Shown: piece by piece, positions 31,631-41,297 of the stretch
Position numbering within the stretch: position 1 is the first letter of the stretch
Layout of the letters: the number at the start of each line of letters is the position of its first letter
Notes under the pieces: generated by a model
Seen by the model: the letters and a program-made list of their open reading frames with translations, nothing else
What the model was told of the DNA's origin: nothing
The model's database searches: none
Source: an uncultured Poribacteria bacterium
Lineage (GTDB): Bacteria > Poribacteria > WGA-4E > WGA-3G
Assembly: GCA_951828385.1 (NCBI GenBank)
Contig: OX639973.1
Span: 2,241,561 to 2,305,560, forward strand
Length of the DNA: 64,000 nt
Direction: 5' to 3'
Translations under genes and position numbers: made by a program

Positions 31631-32818
31631 TTAACACCCCTTGTCCGCTTTATCAAGCAGTTTGGTGGTAAAGGTATCGGCGCGTTCCAAATTGCCGTGC
31701 CGAACCCAGTTGAAAAGACATTCAGCAGAACACTCAGGGTTTGTGAGGCCGAGACAACATGTTGTAGGAGGGATTTGCAACCCCGATCCCGCATCTTCAA
31801 CGGTGTTGATAAGCGTTTCAAAGAAGTCGGCGCGTTTCTTAGGCGTTGGAAAAGCCTTGAGAATCTCGGAACGACGCGCCCCAAGGAACTCAATAAATGC
31901 ACCGTAGCCGTTGTTTTCAAACTGGTTGGCGAGTTGCTTATGGAGCCGTTTCGCTTTGTCACTGTCTTTGCCGTTTTGAGTCGATACACTAATTATTAGA
32001 TTGTCGTCTACCACAAGATCAGGGGTGAAGTGGGTGCCAGCACTCGGTTGATCAAGATATTCTCGAATGAATCCGGTTTCACTTTCACAAGATGCGTCTA
32101 CCGCTGAAGATTTGTCTGCGATTACAAGGAATGCATCTTCAAGATGATGCGGTTTCACTTCGTCCGGTGCCGGACGGACAACAGACGCACCACATCGGTT
32201 TAGCAAGGAGATGCGGCGTTCAATCTTCTGCGTTTTCTGCTTATATAAGACGATACACGTGCGATTTTCCAATAGTAGGTAGACAGGATAGGGTAACGCT
32301 TGCCCTCCTTTTTCACTGGCAATCGGCACCGGTACTCCATCTTCATACCCGAGCGTATATAGAGAAGTCGCGTTCAGTATTCTCTCAAAATGTTCACGGA
32401 TGCGGCGGCTCGTCGCGGGACTTTTACCACTCGTGGAGATGCTGAGCATCAAGTCGCCATCCGTTACAACAGAAGCGGCGGCGAAGGTGCATTGTGGGAT
32501 AACATCAACGACATTAACTAAACGAATTTTGTTTTTCTCGTGCGCTTCTGTGAAGACAGCAGTGTTAATATCCGTGAAATCGGTGGCAGCACAAACGAGG
32601 AAATAGCCGTGCGTGTCACCTATTTTCAGTTGCCGTTTGTGCCAGCGAATTGTGCCGATTTGTGCAAGGTAGGTCAGCAATTCGGTTGCATCAGGACTCA
32701 CCACGGTAACATCGCCACCACTGACGAGCATAGCGACGACTTTCCGCTCAGCAACGGTTCCGCCCCCTACGACAAGGCATTTCCGATCTTGAAGGTTTAC
32801 GTGCACAGGATAAAACAT
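31631..32818 (-). CDS. Precorrin-2 dehydrogenase / sirohydrochlorin ferrochelatase-like (SirC/Met8p-type). Has a tandemly duplicated Rossmann-type domain and a Cys-rich C-terminal tail.
   Basis: N-terminus VHVNLQDRKCLVVGGGTVAERKV...LMLSISTSGKSPATSRRIREHFE matches the CysG N-terminal/SirC pattern. A second degenerate copy follows (YLLLENRTCIVLYKQKT...LIISVSTQNGKDSDKAKRLHKQL). The C-terminus carries TTCCLGLTNPECSAEC. Confidence 0.6.
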   Translation of the reverse strand: MFYPVHVNLQDRKCLVVGGGTVAERKVVAMLVSGGDVTVVSPDATELLTYLAQIGTIRWHKRQLKIGDTHGYFLVCAATDFTDINTAVFTEAHEKNKIRLVNVVDVIPQCTFAAASVVTDGDLMLSISTSGKSPATSRRIREHFERILNATSLYTLGYEDGVPVPIASEKGGQALPYPVYLLLENRTCIVLYKQKTQKIERRISLLNRCGASVVRPAPDEVKPHHLEDAFLVIADKSSAVDASCESETGFIREYLDQPSAGTHFTPDLVVDDNLIISVSTQNGKDSDKAKRLHKQLANQFENNGYGAFIEFLGARRSEILKAFPTPKKRADFFETLINTVEDAGSGLQIPPTTCCLGLTNPECSAECLFNWVRHGNLERADTFTTKLLDKADKGC

Positions 32819-32913
32819 TTTATAATAGTTCTCAGTCGTCAGTCGTCAGTTATCAGTTAAGAGGTGGTCTGATTAATCAAAAATATCTTTAACCGACAGT
32901 TGATAGTCATTCC

Positions 32914-33897
32914 TCATGACTCGCGTGAAACGACGTAGTCTGCGAGTTGTTCGAGTGCGAGGCGGGCAGGTGTCTCTGGTAAGTCTGTCAATGCTGCTTT
33001 AGCACGGTCGGCATAGTCTTGGGCAACCTTCAAACAGTGAGTCTCGACACCATACCGTTGGAACAGTGCCTCAACAAAGGCGATCGCCTCTGCTTCATTC
33101 GTATTCGGATTCAGGACTTTCTCAAGTGTCTGCTTTTCATCATCATTGCAAACGGATCTGGCATAAATGATTGGAAAAGTGAGTTTTCCTTCACGGAGGT
33201 CCCCGAATGTATTTTTTCCTAATTTATCAGAATCTTCCGTGAAATCAAGCACATCATCGACAATTTGGAAGGCGGTTCCAATTTGCTGTCCGTAGGTTGT
33301 GAGTGCCTCAACCTGCTGTGTGTCTGTTGGGTTTCCGAGGTGTGCGCCGAGGGTGCAGGACGCAGCGATCAACTTACCGGTCTTGAAACTGATGATTTTG
33401 AGGTACTCGGCTTCGGAGATGTCAAAATCACCGCTTTTATATGCATGGATAACTTCACCTTCACACATCGCCTGCGTGGTGTCGGCGAGGATCGCCATCG
33501 CGGGATCGTCGGCACGACGGGAGACGAGCATAGAGAGGACACGCGCATGGAGATAATCTCCGACGAGGACAGCGACTTTATTGCCCCATTTCGTCTGTAA
33601 GGTCTCACGTCCACGCCGGATCGCGGCTTCATCAAGCACATCGTCATGAACAAGTGATGCAACATGGATGAGTTCAACGACAGCGGCAAGCGTGTGTGCA
33701 TCGTTTCCTTCATATCCGTAGACCTTGGCAGAAAGCACAACGAGGATAGGACGGAGCCGTTTGCCCCCGCCTTCTACAACATGTTGGACTGCCATATCGA
33801 CGAAACTATACTCGCTGGCGGTGTGTTCCGTGAGTTTCACCTCAATAGCACTGAGATCATCGGCAATTAATTCAACAATTTGATCAAAACTGGACAT
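32914..33897 (-). CDS. Polyprenyl diphosphate synthase (trans-IPPS; IspB/HepT-like)
   Basis: 327 aa with both Asp-rich motifs (LVHDDVLDEAAIRRG and FQIVDDVLDF). Confidence 0.85.
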   Translation of the reverse strand: MSSFDQIVELIADDLSAIEVKLTEHTASEYSFVDMAVQHVVEGGGKRLRPILVVLSAKVYGYEGNDAHTLAAVVELIHVASLVHDDVLDEAAIRRGRETLQTKWGNKVAVLVGDYLHARVLSMLVSRRADDPAMAILADTTQAMCEGEVIHAYKSGDFDISEAEYLKIISFKTGKLIAASCTLGAHLGNPTDTQQVEALTTYGQQIGTAFQIVDDVLDFTEDSDKLGKNTFGDLREGKLTFPIIYARSVCNDDEKQTLEKVLNPNTNEAEAIAFVEALFQRYGVETHCLKVAQDYADRAKAALTDLPETPARLALEQLADYVVSRES

Positions 33898-34058
33898 AAT
33901 GTAATGGTTGTCAGTTGTCAGTCATCAGTTGTCAGTTCGGTTTTTCTGCGAAAAACCTTTCAGTTATCAGTTAAAGAGGTGTACTGTGGCAGTAACATAA
34001 TTTGTAATTGCCACAAGAAGTTAACTGAAAACTGACAACTGATGACTGACAACTATTA
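33898..34058. repeat. Imperfect ~30-bp inverted repeat built from AACTGAC-type heptads, flanking an ~80-bp centre (hemL-ispB intergenic)
   Basis: Left arm ggttgtcagttgtcagtcatcagttgtcagtt (33906-33937). Right arm aactgaaaactgacaactgatgactgacaac (34023-34053). Related heptad runs at 5116-5160 and 32825-32860. Confidence 0.7.
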
Positions 34059-35342
34059 AAAGAGGTTCCCCAGTACCTCCGTTGCGGCTTGAACGGTTTT
34101 ATTGATATCGTCTTCAGAATGGACCAAAGAGACGAACCCCGCCTCGAACTGGGAGGGTGCGACATAGACCCCGCGTTGGACGAGTCCCCAGAAGTAGTGT
34201 TCAAAGCGTTCGGTATCCGCTGTGCGTGCGCCATCAGCATCCGTAACGGTCTCCGGTGTGAAGTAGAGCATCAGCATCGAACCGACGCGGCTATGCCAAG
34301 CATCAATATCGTGTTTTTGGGTTGCTTCAGCGAGTCCGTCCGCAAGGGCTGCCGCACGAGTCTCGAGTTGTTCATAAGTGCCCGGTTCAGCAAGCCTTTT
34401 GAGCGTTGTTATACCCGCGGTAACGGCTAACGGATTACCGGACAACGTACCCGCCTGATAGACATCGCCTTCTGGAGCGACACACTGCATGATGTCCCGT
34501 TTGCCGCCGTACGCCCCAACCGGTAAACCGCCACCGATAATCTTCCCTAAACAGGTCATATCAGGTGTGACGTTATAGTAAGTTTGGGCACCGCCATAAG
34601 CCACCCGAAAGCCGGTGATAACCTCGTCGAAGATGAGTACAATACCGTGTTCTTCGGTAATCTCACGGAGTTGATTGAGGTATCCGTCATGCGGTGGGAT
34701 GATCCCCATATTGCCCATAATCGGTTCGAGAATGAGACAGGCGATTTCATCTGGATTGGCTGCTACTGCTTCGCGGACAGCATCGGGATTGTTAAAGGGG
34801 ACGGTGAGCGTATTGCGTGCGAAATCCTCCGGCACGCCGCCGCTATCAGACAGTCCAAACGTTGCGACCCCAGAGCCGGCTTTTGCCAACAGATAGTCCA
34901 CATGACCGTGATAGCATCCGTCAATTTTGAGGATCTTATCGCGACCGGTATACCCGCGTGCGACGCGGATCGCGCTCATTGTGGCTTCGGTCCCGGAATT
35001 GACGAGACGTACCTTTTCGATTGAAGGCACAGCGTTGACAATAATCTCAGCGAGTTCCGTTTCTAATGTCGTTGGCGCGCCAAAACTGGTGCCGTTCAAC
35101 GCTGCTGCACCGATAGCCTCCGCAATGCTCGGATGCGCATGCCCTAAAACTAAGGGCCCCCATGAAGCAACATAGTCAACATACGCGTTTCCATCGATAT
35201 CGTATATTTTTGAACCTTCGCCACGTGCGATAAAACGGGGATGCCCGCCGACTTTGCTGAAATTTCGGACAGGACTGTTGACCCCACCGGGGATAAATTG
35301 TTGTGATTTTTGCCATGCGGCTAAGGATTTACTGCTCTCCAA
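34056..35342 (-). CDS. hemL: Glutamate-1-semialdehyde 2,1-aminomutase (HemL)
   Basis: 428 aa class-III aminotransferase with PLP-Lys region ([12 protein letters not shown]) and HemL-like N-terminus ([11 protein letters not shown]). Confidence 0.9.
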   Translation of the reverse strand: MESSKSLAAWQKSQQFIPGGVNSPVRNFSKVGGHPRFIARGEGSKIYDIDGNAYVDYVASWGPLVLGHAHPSIAEAIGAAALNGTSFGAPTTLETELAEIIVNAVPSIEKVRLVNSGTEATMSAIRVARGYTGRDKILKIDGCYHGHVDYLLAKAGSGVATFGLSDSGGVPEDFARNTLTVPFNNPDAVREAVAANPDEIACLILEPIMGNMGIIPPHDGYLNQLREITEEHGIVLIFDEVITGFRVAYGGAQTYYNVTPDMTCLGKIIGGGLPVGAYGGKRDIMQCVAPEGDVYQAGTLSGNPLAVTAGITTLKRLAEPGTYEQLETRAAALADGLAEATQKHDIDAWHSRVGSMLMLYFTPETVTDADGARTADTERFEHYFWGLVQRGVYVAPSQFEAGFVSLVHSEDDINKTVQAATEVLGNLF

Positions 35343-35444
35343 AGCGTTCCCTCCAAATTTTTAAATTTTTAGCTACTCGGTTTCTGATGAAGTTATGTCG
35401 TTATCAGTTGATAGAGACAAACAACGAAGGGTCAATTGCGATTC

Positions 35445-36422
35445 CTAATCGTTGAGCCATTCGACGACGGACTTTGCGAAGTACGTTAAAATCATATCCG
35501 CGCCGGCGCGCTTGATGCTTGTTAAAAGTTCCAATGCGACCCGCTCTTCGTCAATCCAACCGTTCTGTGCTGCTGCTTTAACCATAGCGTATTCTCCGCT
35601 GACGTTATAGGCAGCAACAGGTACCTGAAATTCTGTCTTGACGCGATGGATGACATCCAGATACGAGAGTGCGGGTTTCACCATAAGAATGTCCGCGCCT
35701 TCCTGAATATCCAATGCGACTTCCCGTAGTGCTTCCTCTGCATTCGCTGGGTCCATCTGATAGGAGCGGCGGTCCCCAAATTGTGGTGCGGATTCCGCGG
35801 CTTCGCGAAAGGGACCGTAAAATGCCGAAGCATATTTGGCGGCGTATGCCATAATGGGTATATTCTCATACCCGTTTTCGTCCAATGCTTCTCGAATTGC
35901 GCCGACGCGACCGTCCATCATATCTGAGGGGGCAATGACATCGGCACCAGCACGAGCGTGTGAGAGGCTCTCTTTAACGAGGAGTGCCAGTGTCGGGTCG
36001 TTTTGTACCTCGTTATCTTCAATGACACCACAATGCCCATGATCGGTGTATTCACAGAGACAGACATCTGTCATCACAAGCAGGTCCGGCACGGCATCTT
36101 TGATTGCTCGGACCGCGAGTTGAATGATACCGTCATCGGCATAAGCCTCAGTGCCGAGTGGGTCTTTCGCTGCGGGTATGCCGAACAAAATTGTGCCGGG
36201 GATTCCGAGGGCAGCGAGTTCTTTCGCGGCGGTGACGAGCCTATCAACCGAGAATTGGTAGCAACCGGGCATCGCAGAAATTTCGGTTGCGGTATTATGT
36301 CCATGAACGACGAACATCGGATAAATGAGGTCATTGACAGAGAGTGCCGTTTCGCGGACGAGTCGGCGTAGGTTTTCATTTGCACGCATCCGTCTCGGGC
36401 GATAGACAGGGAAGGTGCTCAT
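35445..36422 (-). CDS. hemB: Porphobilinogen synthase (HemB / ALAD)
   Basis: 325 aa. Active-site Lys regions and metal-binding Cys cluster ([14 protein letters not shown]). Its ATG overlaps the stop of the upstream secreted-protein gene (ATGA). Confidence 0.9.
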   Translation of the reverse strand: MSTFPVYRPRRMRANENLRRLVRETALSVNDLIYPMFVVHGHNTATEISAMPGCYQFSVDRLVTAAKELAALGIPGTILFGIPAAKDPLGTEAYADDGIIQLAVRAIKDAVPDLLVMTDVCLCEYTDHGHCGVIEDNEVQNDPTLALLVKESLSHARAGADVIAPSDMMDGRVGAIREALDENGYENIPIMAYAAKYASAFYGPFREAAESAPQFGDRRSYQMDPANAEEALREVALDIQEGADILMVKPALSYLDVIHRVKTEFQVPVAAYNVSGEYAMVKAAAQNGWIDEERVALELLTSIKRAGADMILTYFAKSVVEWLND

Positions 36423-37339
36423 TCATCCTCCGAAGGTGAGCCTTTGATTTCATAGTTCGTTAGTTCGAGGGTACTCTCTCCATCAGGTTCCAATCCGAGC
36501 TGCTCCTTTGCTTCGTCAGACTCCGGATGCTCATGACTGAATTTGACAATACCGACGTTAGGTGCCAACCAGATTGTTGTTAGGGTCGTCCCGTTTCGTT
36601 CTTCCGGTTCTTGCTGCGGCGCACCAGGCACAGATATATTTACTTCAACCGTTTCGTTCGTCTGGTATTCAATGATCAAGCAGTCTTCAAACGTGCCAGC
36701 AGATGTTTCAACGGTTTCTGTGCCGGTAACTGTGCCTGTCTCAATGATGGTGCTATGGGTTTTGATAACCGGTGCACCGCCCGGTATTTCCATAGGTGCC
36801 CCTTGGATATCCATAGTCAGGGTGAGCGTAACATTTAACTCCAACGCTGTCCATTCTTCATTGTAGGCAATAGGTGTAGGTAGCAGATAGAAATAATCTG
36901 CGGATACCACCTCAATATCGTAATTCAAGTCAAGGGCGACCCCTTCAGGGGCATCCCCGAGCATTTGTTGACGTAGCATTGGCAGTATTTCTTCCATCTC
37001 TTGCGCTGTGCGTGCTTTAAGCCCGTTCTCAATTTCAGTGCCGACAAAGAACGCGACCCAGTCGTCCCCGACCTGATAAAAATACGGATGAATGTAATGC
37101 TCAAAGTCCGCCCAATCCTCCAAGGCGGGATCATAACTGAAGGCGCGATAGGTTTCGCCATCAATATCTTCAGGTGCTATGGCGTAGCGCGTTAATTCGT
37201 TCCCGTCTTGGTCTTCATAAGTCCAGTAGCTGCCAACTGCATCTGGAAAATAGTAGTTTGCCCATTCATTTCCGACGGACATCGCGCTGAAACCGAAAAT
37301 GAGTAAAAGGACAAAAACAGGCTGCATTTTTTTTAACAT
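36419..37339 (-). CDS. Secreted hypothetical protein, paralog 3 of a tandem triplet
   Basis: Signal peptide, then [42 protein letters not shown]... This is near-identical at its N-terminus to the 37407-38306 gene. SD AAAGGAA. Start at the ATG at 37339. Confidence 0.6.
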   Translation of the reverse strand: MLKKMQPVFVLLLIFGFSAMSVGNEWANYYFPDAVGSYWTYEDQDGNELTRYAIAPEDIDGETYRAFSYDPALEDWADFEHYIHPYFYQVGDDWVAFFVGTEIENGLKARTAQEMEEILPMLRQQMLGDAPEGVALDLNYDIEVVSADYFYLLPTPIAYNEEWTALELNVTLTLTMDIQGAPMEIPGGAPVIKTHSTIIETGTVTGTETVETSAGTFEDCLIIEYQTNETVEVNISVPGAPQQEPEERNGTTLTTIWLAPNVGIVKFSHEHPESDEAKEQLGLEPDGESTLELTNYEIKGSPSEDE

Positions 37340-37406
37340 AAGAGATTCCTTTTGCGCCTCGCGGTAAACTTTCAAGTTCCCGAAAGCGGTGCTTCAGAAA
37401 GCGGAA

Positions 37407-38306
37407 TTAATCACTTTCACTGCTCTCTGATTCAGTGGATTTGATTTCATAGTTCGTTAGTTCAATGGTTTTAACGATGTCGGTACTTTCGGATTCCTGT
37501 AGCATTTTAACAATACCGACATTCGGAGCGAGCCAGAGCGTTGTCAACGCCCCCTTATATACATCCTCAAACATAGTTTTCGCTTCTGGTAGATCCGGTT
37601 CAGTCCTTATTGAGGCATCCATTTTATACTCAATTATTAGGCAATCTTCAAACGTACCGGCAGCGGTTTCGACCGTCTCTGTACCCGTTACATTCCCAGT
37701 TTCAACAAGCGTTAAGAACATTGTGATCATCTGACTTGTTGGTGGAAAACCCTCCACGTTGCTTGTGATGTCAATCTGCAGATCCATTTCCACATTAACG
37801 CGCGAAGCCTCCCACTCCTCATTGAACGTCGCAGGCGTTGGCAAAACATAGAAATAGTCTTGTGCCTCTATATCAAGTTCGTATGTTACATTAAGGTCAA
37901 CAGTCACCCCGGGTGGCAGTTGATTATTCAACTGTTGTTTCATCACTACCATAGCCTCGTTCCAGTGCTTCTCTGTGACCGCCCGTGTCGTATTCTCGAT
38001 ATCATCACCGACAAAGAACGCCACCCAGTCGTCACTGACTTGGTAAAAATAGGGATGAAAATAATACTGGTATTTTGTCCAGTCCTCCAAGACGGGTTCA
38101 TAACTGAAGGCACTATAGGTTTCGCCATCAATATCTTCGGGTGCTATGGCGTAGCGCGTTAATTCCTCACCGTCTTGGTCTTCATAAGTCCAGTAACTGT
38201 CGAGTGCATCTGGAAAATAGTAATTTGCCCACTCATTCCCCATCAATGTCGTGCTAAAACCGAAGATGAGTAAGAGAACGAAAACGGACCGCATTTTTTT
38301 TGACAT
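37407..38306 (-). CDS. Secreted hypothetical protein, paralog 2
   Basis: 299 aa, signal peptide, same family. SD AAAGGAA. Confidence 0.6.
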   Translation of the reverse strand: MSKKMRSVFVLLLIFGFSTTLMGNEWANYYFPDALDSYWTYEDQDGEELTRYAIAPEDIDGETYSAFSYEPVLEDWTKYQYYFHPYFYQVSDDWVAFFVGDDIENTTRAVTEKHWNEAMVVMKQQLNNQLPPGVTVDLNVTYELDIEAQDYFYVLPTPATFNEEWEASRVNVEMDLQIDITSNVEGFPPTSQMITMFLTLVETGNVTGTETVETAAGTFEDCLIIEYKMDASIRTEPDLPEAKTMFEDVYKGALTTLWLAPNVGIVKMLQESESTDIVKTIELTNYEIKSTESESSESD

Positions 38307-38384
38307 GAAGAGTTCCTTTCGCTATTTTTGCTAACTTTACAGAAAATGTCTACATATTTCGGGATTTCAGCATATAAAGCGGGA

Positions 38385-39323
38385 TTAATCGCTCTCACTG
38401 CTTCCGGACGCATCGGACGTGATTTGGTATTTCGTTAATTCAAAAGTCTTAACCGTGGCTGAGGATTGAAACTCAGGAGAAGGTATAGTTTTCAGAAATA
38501 TATCCTCTGTTTTCTGATGAAACTTCACAATCCCGACATTCGGAGCAAGCCACAACGTCGTAACAGATTCGCCGGGTGGATCATTTGCTGAGTGCTGTTC
38601 GACAGGTGACACTTCCATTGTCGTTGCTGTGCGGTATTCAATCTTTAAACAGTCCTCAAAGGTACCCGCCTGCGTTTCAACGGTTTCTGTGCTGAGGATG
38701 TTTCCGGTTTCGGCAATGTTAAAGTCAAGTATAATTTTTGGCATCTCATCTGTCGCGGGGAAATCAGCAGGTGCCCCTATGATTTCATACTGCATCGAGA
38801 CTTTCGCTTTTATCTGCGTTGTATCCCACTTTTCGTTTGGAGTTGTGGCAGTTGGAACCAGAACAAAATGGTCCTCTGCCTTAACCTCCACATCATAATT
38901 GATATCAAAGGAGATATTAGGTGCGTCGGGTGGCGGGTTGTCCTCTATAGATTTCTTCGCCATCTCGGTGAAAGCTTCCATCTCTTTGATAAGGCGTGCC
39001 TTCATCGCTTTTTCTATCTCGTCGCCGATGAGGCATGTAATACTCTCATCATCAACACTGTACAGGGACGGCAGAAAGTGATAAGCGTAATTTGCCCAAT
39101 CTTCTATGTCAGGTTCGTAAATGAAAATGTTATACGTTTCGCCAGCAATCTCTTCGCCTTCATCAACAGTGCGTGTCAATTCATTTCCATCTTGGTCTTC
39201 ATATACCCAATAGCTGCCAAACGTCCCCGGAAAATATGTTTTCGCCGTTTCATTTCCCATCAATGTCGTACTGCAACTGAAGACGAATAGGAAAACGAAA
39301 ACGGCTCGGATTTTTTTTAACAT
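38385..39323 (-). CDS. Secreted hypothetical protein, paralog 1 (more divergent)
   Basis: Signal peptide [58 protein letters not shown]. Start at the ATG at 39323. Confidence 0.6.
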   Translation of the reverse strand: MLKKIRAVFVFLFVFSCSTTLMGNETAKTYFPGTFGSYWVYEDQDGNELTRTVDEGEEIAGETYNIFIYEPDIEDWANYAYHFLPSLYSVDDESITCLIGDEIEKAMKARLIKEMEAFTEMAKKSIEDNPPPDAPNISFDINYDVEVKAEDHFVLVPTATTPNEKWDTTQIKAKVSMQYEIIGAPADFPATDEMPKIILDFNIAETGNILSTETVETQAGTFEDCLKIEYRTATTMEVSPVEQHSANDPPGESVTTLWLAPNVGIVKFHQKTEDIFLKTIPSPEFQSSATVKTFELTKYQITSDASGSSESD

Positions 39324-39479
39324 GCGACACCCCTGTTGCATTTTGTGCTTCCTCAATTAAGTATACAGAATCCGAGCGCAAACGGCAAGGAAAATTCAAT
39401 TGTCAGCCATCAGCAAAGAATGTCTTACAAAGGCGTAGAAGTGCTTCGCTGGTTTTTTCGCCTGCGATCTTTTGAGCGT

Positions 39480-40565
39480 TCAACGTTTGTCATACGCAAA
39501 CGGAAAGGTAACGGGTGCGCCGTTGTTTGACCATGAACGTGCCATCGCGACATCAATTTCTCGGTCTTTACGACCGTTGTATGCACCGTATTCAGGTGCT
39601 ATATCATCGCGAACGGCGTTGACGAGGCTCATCAGTTCAGAAGCGACCGTAATTTCACCATCGCTGAGCGGATAATTTTGCAACGGGTTTTCCCAAACCA
39701 CTTCAGGGTCCGTATCGGCGACAAGTGCGGCTAAGGTTTCATAGCCGTCAACGGTATTGGTTCTGCGTGCGATCGTAATCGCGCGCTGTTCATCGGCGGT
39801 GTCGTTCAAAATAACAGCATCGTTTCGGAAACACATCCCGCGTTCTGCGTAGAATTTAGAACCGTTAAAGCCGCGTAGCGGAGAACCGTAGGAGAGCCCA
39901 CTGAAATTGAAGATGCCGACAGCACCATCGGCGAATTCAATCACCGCATGTTGCCAATCTTCGGTATTGCGCGTGGGTTGCCCTTTCCGCCAGACGTGTT
40001 CCTGAACGTCATATCCCTTTCGGAATCCGTAAACTTGCACCGGTTCGTTATCAAAACCGAGGTAGCTGCGGATGAGACCGATGCCGTGATAGCCGTGTCC
40101 TCGAAAATCATTGTAGGCGACGTTGACTTTGCCGAAGACTCCTGCGAGAATCATCTCGCGTTTGATCCGCTCTGTCGGTACACGATAATAGTTTTCGTTG
40201 ACCTCCAGTTTTATGCCGTTCTCCTGTGCGGAAGCGATCATCTTGTCCGCCCATCCGAGATCGGTATCAATCGGCGTTTCTGTACAATAACTGACACCGC
40301 GTTCGGAGCAGAGTAATCCGGGAATGTGATTGTTGCTCGGTGTAATCACGATTGAACAGATATCAGGTTTTACTTCGTCTAACATCTGCTCGGTGTCTGT
40401 GTAAGCAGGAACGTTGTATTTTTCGCCTTGTTCCGTAACGCTCTCTTCACGTGGATCGCAAACAGCGACCAACGCAAGGTCATGCGTCAGTTTTGAGATA
40501 AGGGGAAGGTAGGTACCGGCACCACGTCTGCCCGTGCCGATATGTGCGATGCTGAGTCTATCCAT
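39480..40565 (-). CDS. Gfo/Idh/MocA-family NAD(P)-dependent oxidoreductase
   Basis: 361 aa. N-terminal Rossmann (IAHIGTGRRGAGTYLPLISKLTHDLALVAVCD). Family-typical size. Confidence 0.75.
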   Translation of the reverse strand: MDRLSIAHIGTGRRGAGTYLPLISKLTHDLALVAVCDPREESVTEQGEKYNVPAYTDTEQMLDEVKPDICSIVITPSNNHIPGLLCSERGVSYCTETPIDTDLGWADKMIASAQENGIKLEVNENYYRVPTERIKREMILAGVFGKVNVAYNDFRGHGYHGIGLIRSYLGFDNEPVQVYGFRKGYDVQEHVWRKGQPTRNTEDWQHAVIEFADGAVGIFNFSGLSYGSPLRGFNGSKFYAERGMCFRNDAVILNDTADEQRAITIARRTNTVDGYETLAALVADTDPEVVWENPLQNYPLSDGEITVASELMSLVNAVRDDIAPEYGAYNGRKDREIDVAMARSWSNNGAPVTFPFAYDKR

Positions 40566-40595
40566 GACTTCTCTCCATCTGGGTGCGGCAGGTGG

Positions 40596-41090
40596 TTACT
40601 CTACCCAGAAGTAATGGCTCCGCTCAAAGAGGTCGCCATCAAGGTGGATTTCAACGAACCACTCACCTGTAATGTCCGGGTCTGGTAGATCGACATAAAA
40701 CCATGTAATTTTATCACCGGTTGTTGATGTAAAGCTCTGTTTATCTGTCCAGAAGGGTGGATCCTCAGGGTCGTCTTCCGGCGAGTACCATGAGACCTCA
40801 ACGGTATGCTGTTCGGTGATATTTGTCCATAAGATCCATAAAAACACCTGATCGTCGAATTCGGCGAAGAACGTGTTTGTAATCCCGCTGGGTCTGTCCT
40901 CTAAAATATTATTCGCCAAGACAGAATCAATGATAGTCGGTTCACCGCGCGCGACATCCGTGAAGCCGCTGCCGCCAGAAGGATCCTCACCACAACCACT
41001 CAACGCAATCGCCACGGACAGCAGGACTATCCCTAATGTAGAATATAGATCTGTAAACAATGTTCTCATACGAGTGTGTGCCTGATGCAT
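40596..41090 (-). CDS. Hypothetical lipoprotein
   Basis: Lipobox LSGC after a hydrophobic signal segment. Strong SD AGGAGGAAA upstream of the ATG at 41088-41090. Confidence 0.5.
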   Translation of the reverse strand: MHQAHTRMRTLFTDLYSTLGIVLLSVAIALSGCGEDPSGGSGFTDVARGEPTIIDSVLANNILEDRPSGITNTFFAEFDDQVFLWILWTNITEQHTVEVSWYSPEDDPEDPPFWTDKQSFTSTTGDKITWFYVDLPDPDITGEWFVEIHLDGDLFERSHYFWVE

Positions 41091-41297
41091 GCGTTTCCTC
41101 CTGATGGCTGTTATGGACATATTGCCTTTACAAGGCTAAAGACCGATGGCGATTTTTTGTTATTCTATCAAGCATCAGGTTTTTTGTCAAAGAAAATCGG
41201 GATAAGCGTTGTGATTTGGAGATCAATTCCATCGAAATTTTCTGTTGACGGACACCCTTTTTGATGGTAAACTCAATCAACAATAGAGGAGAATTTT

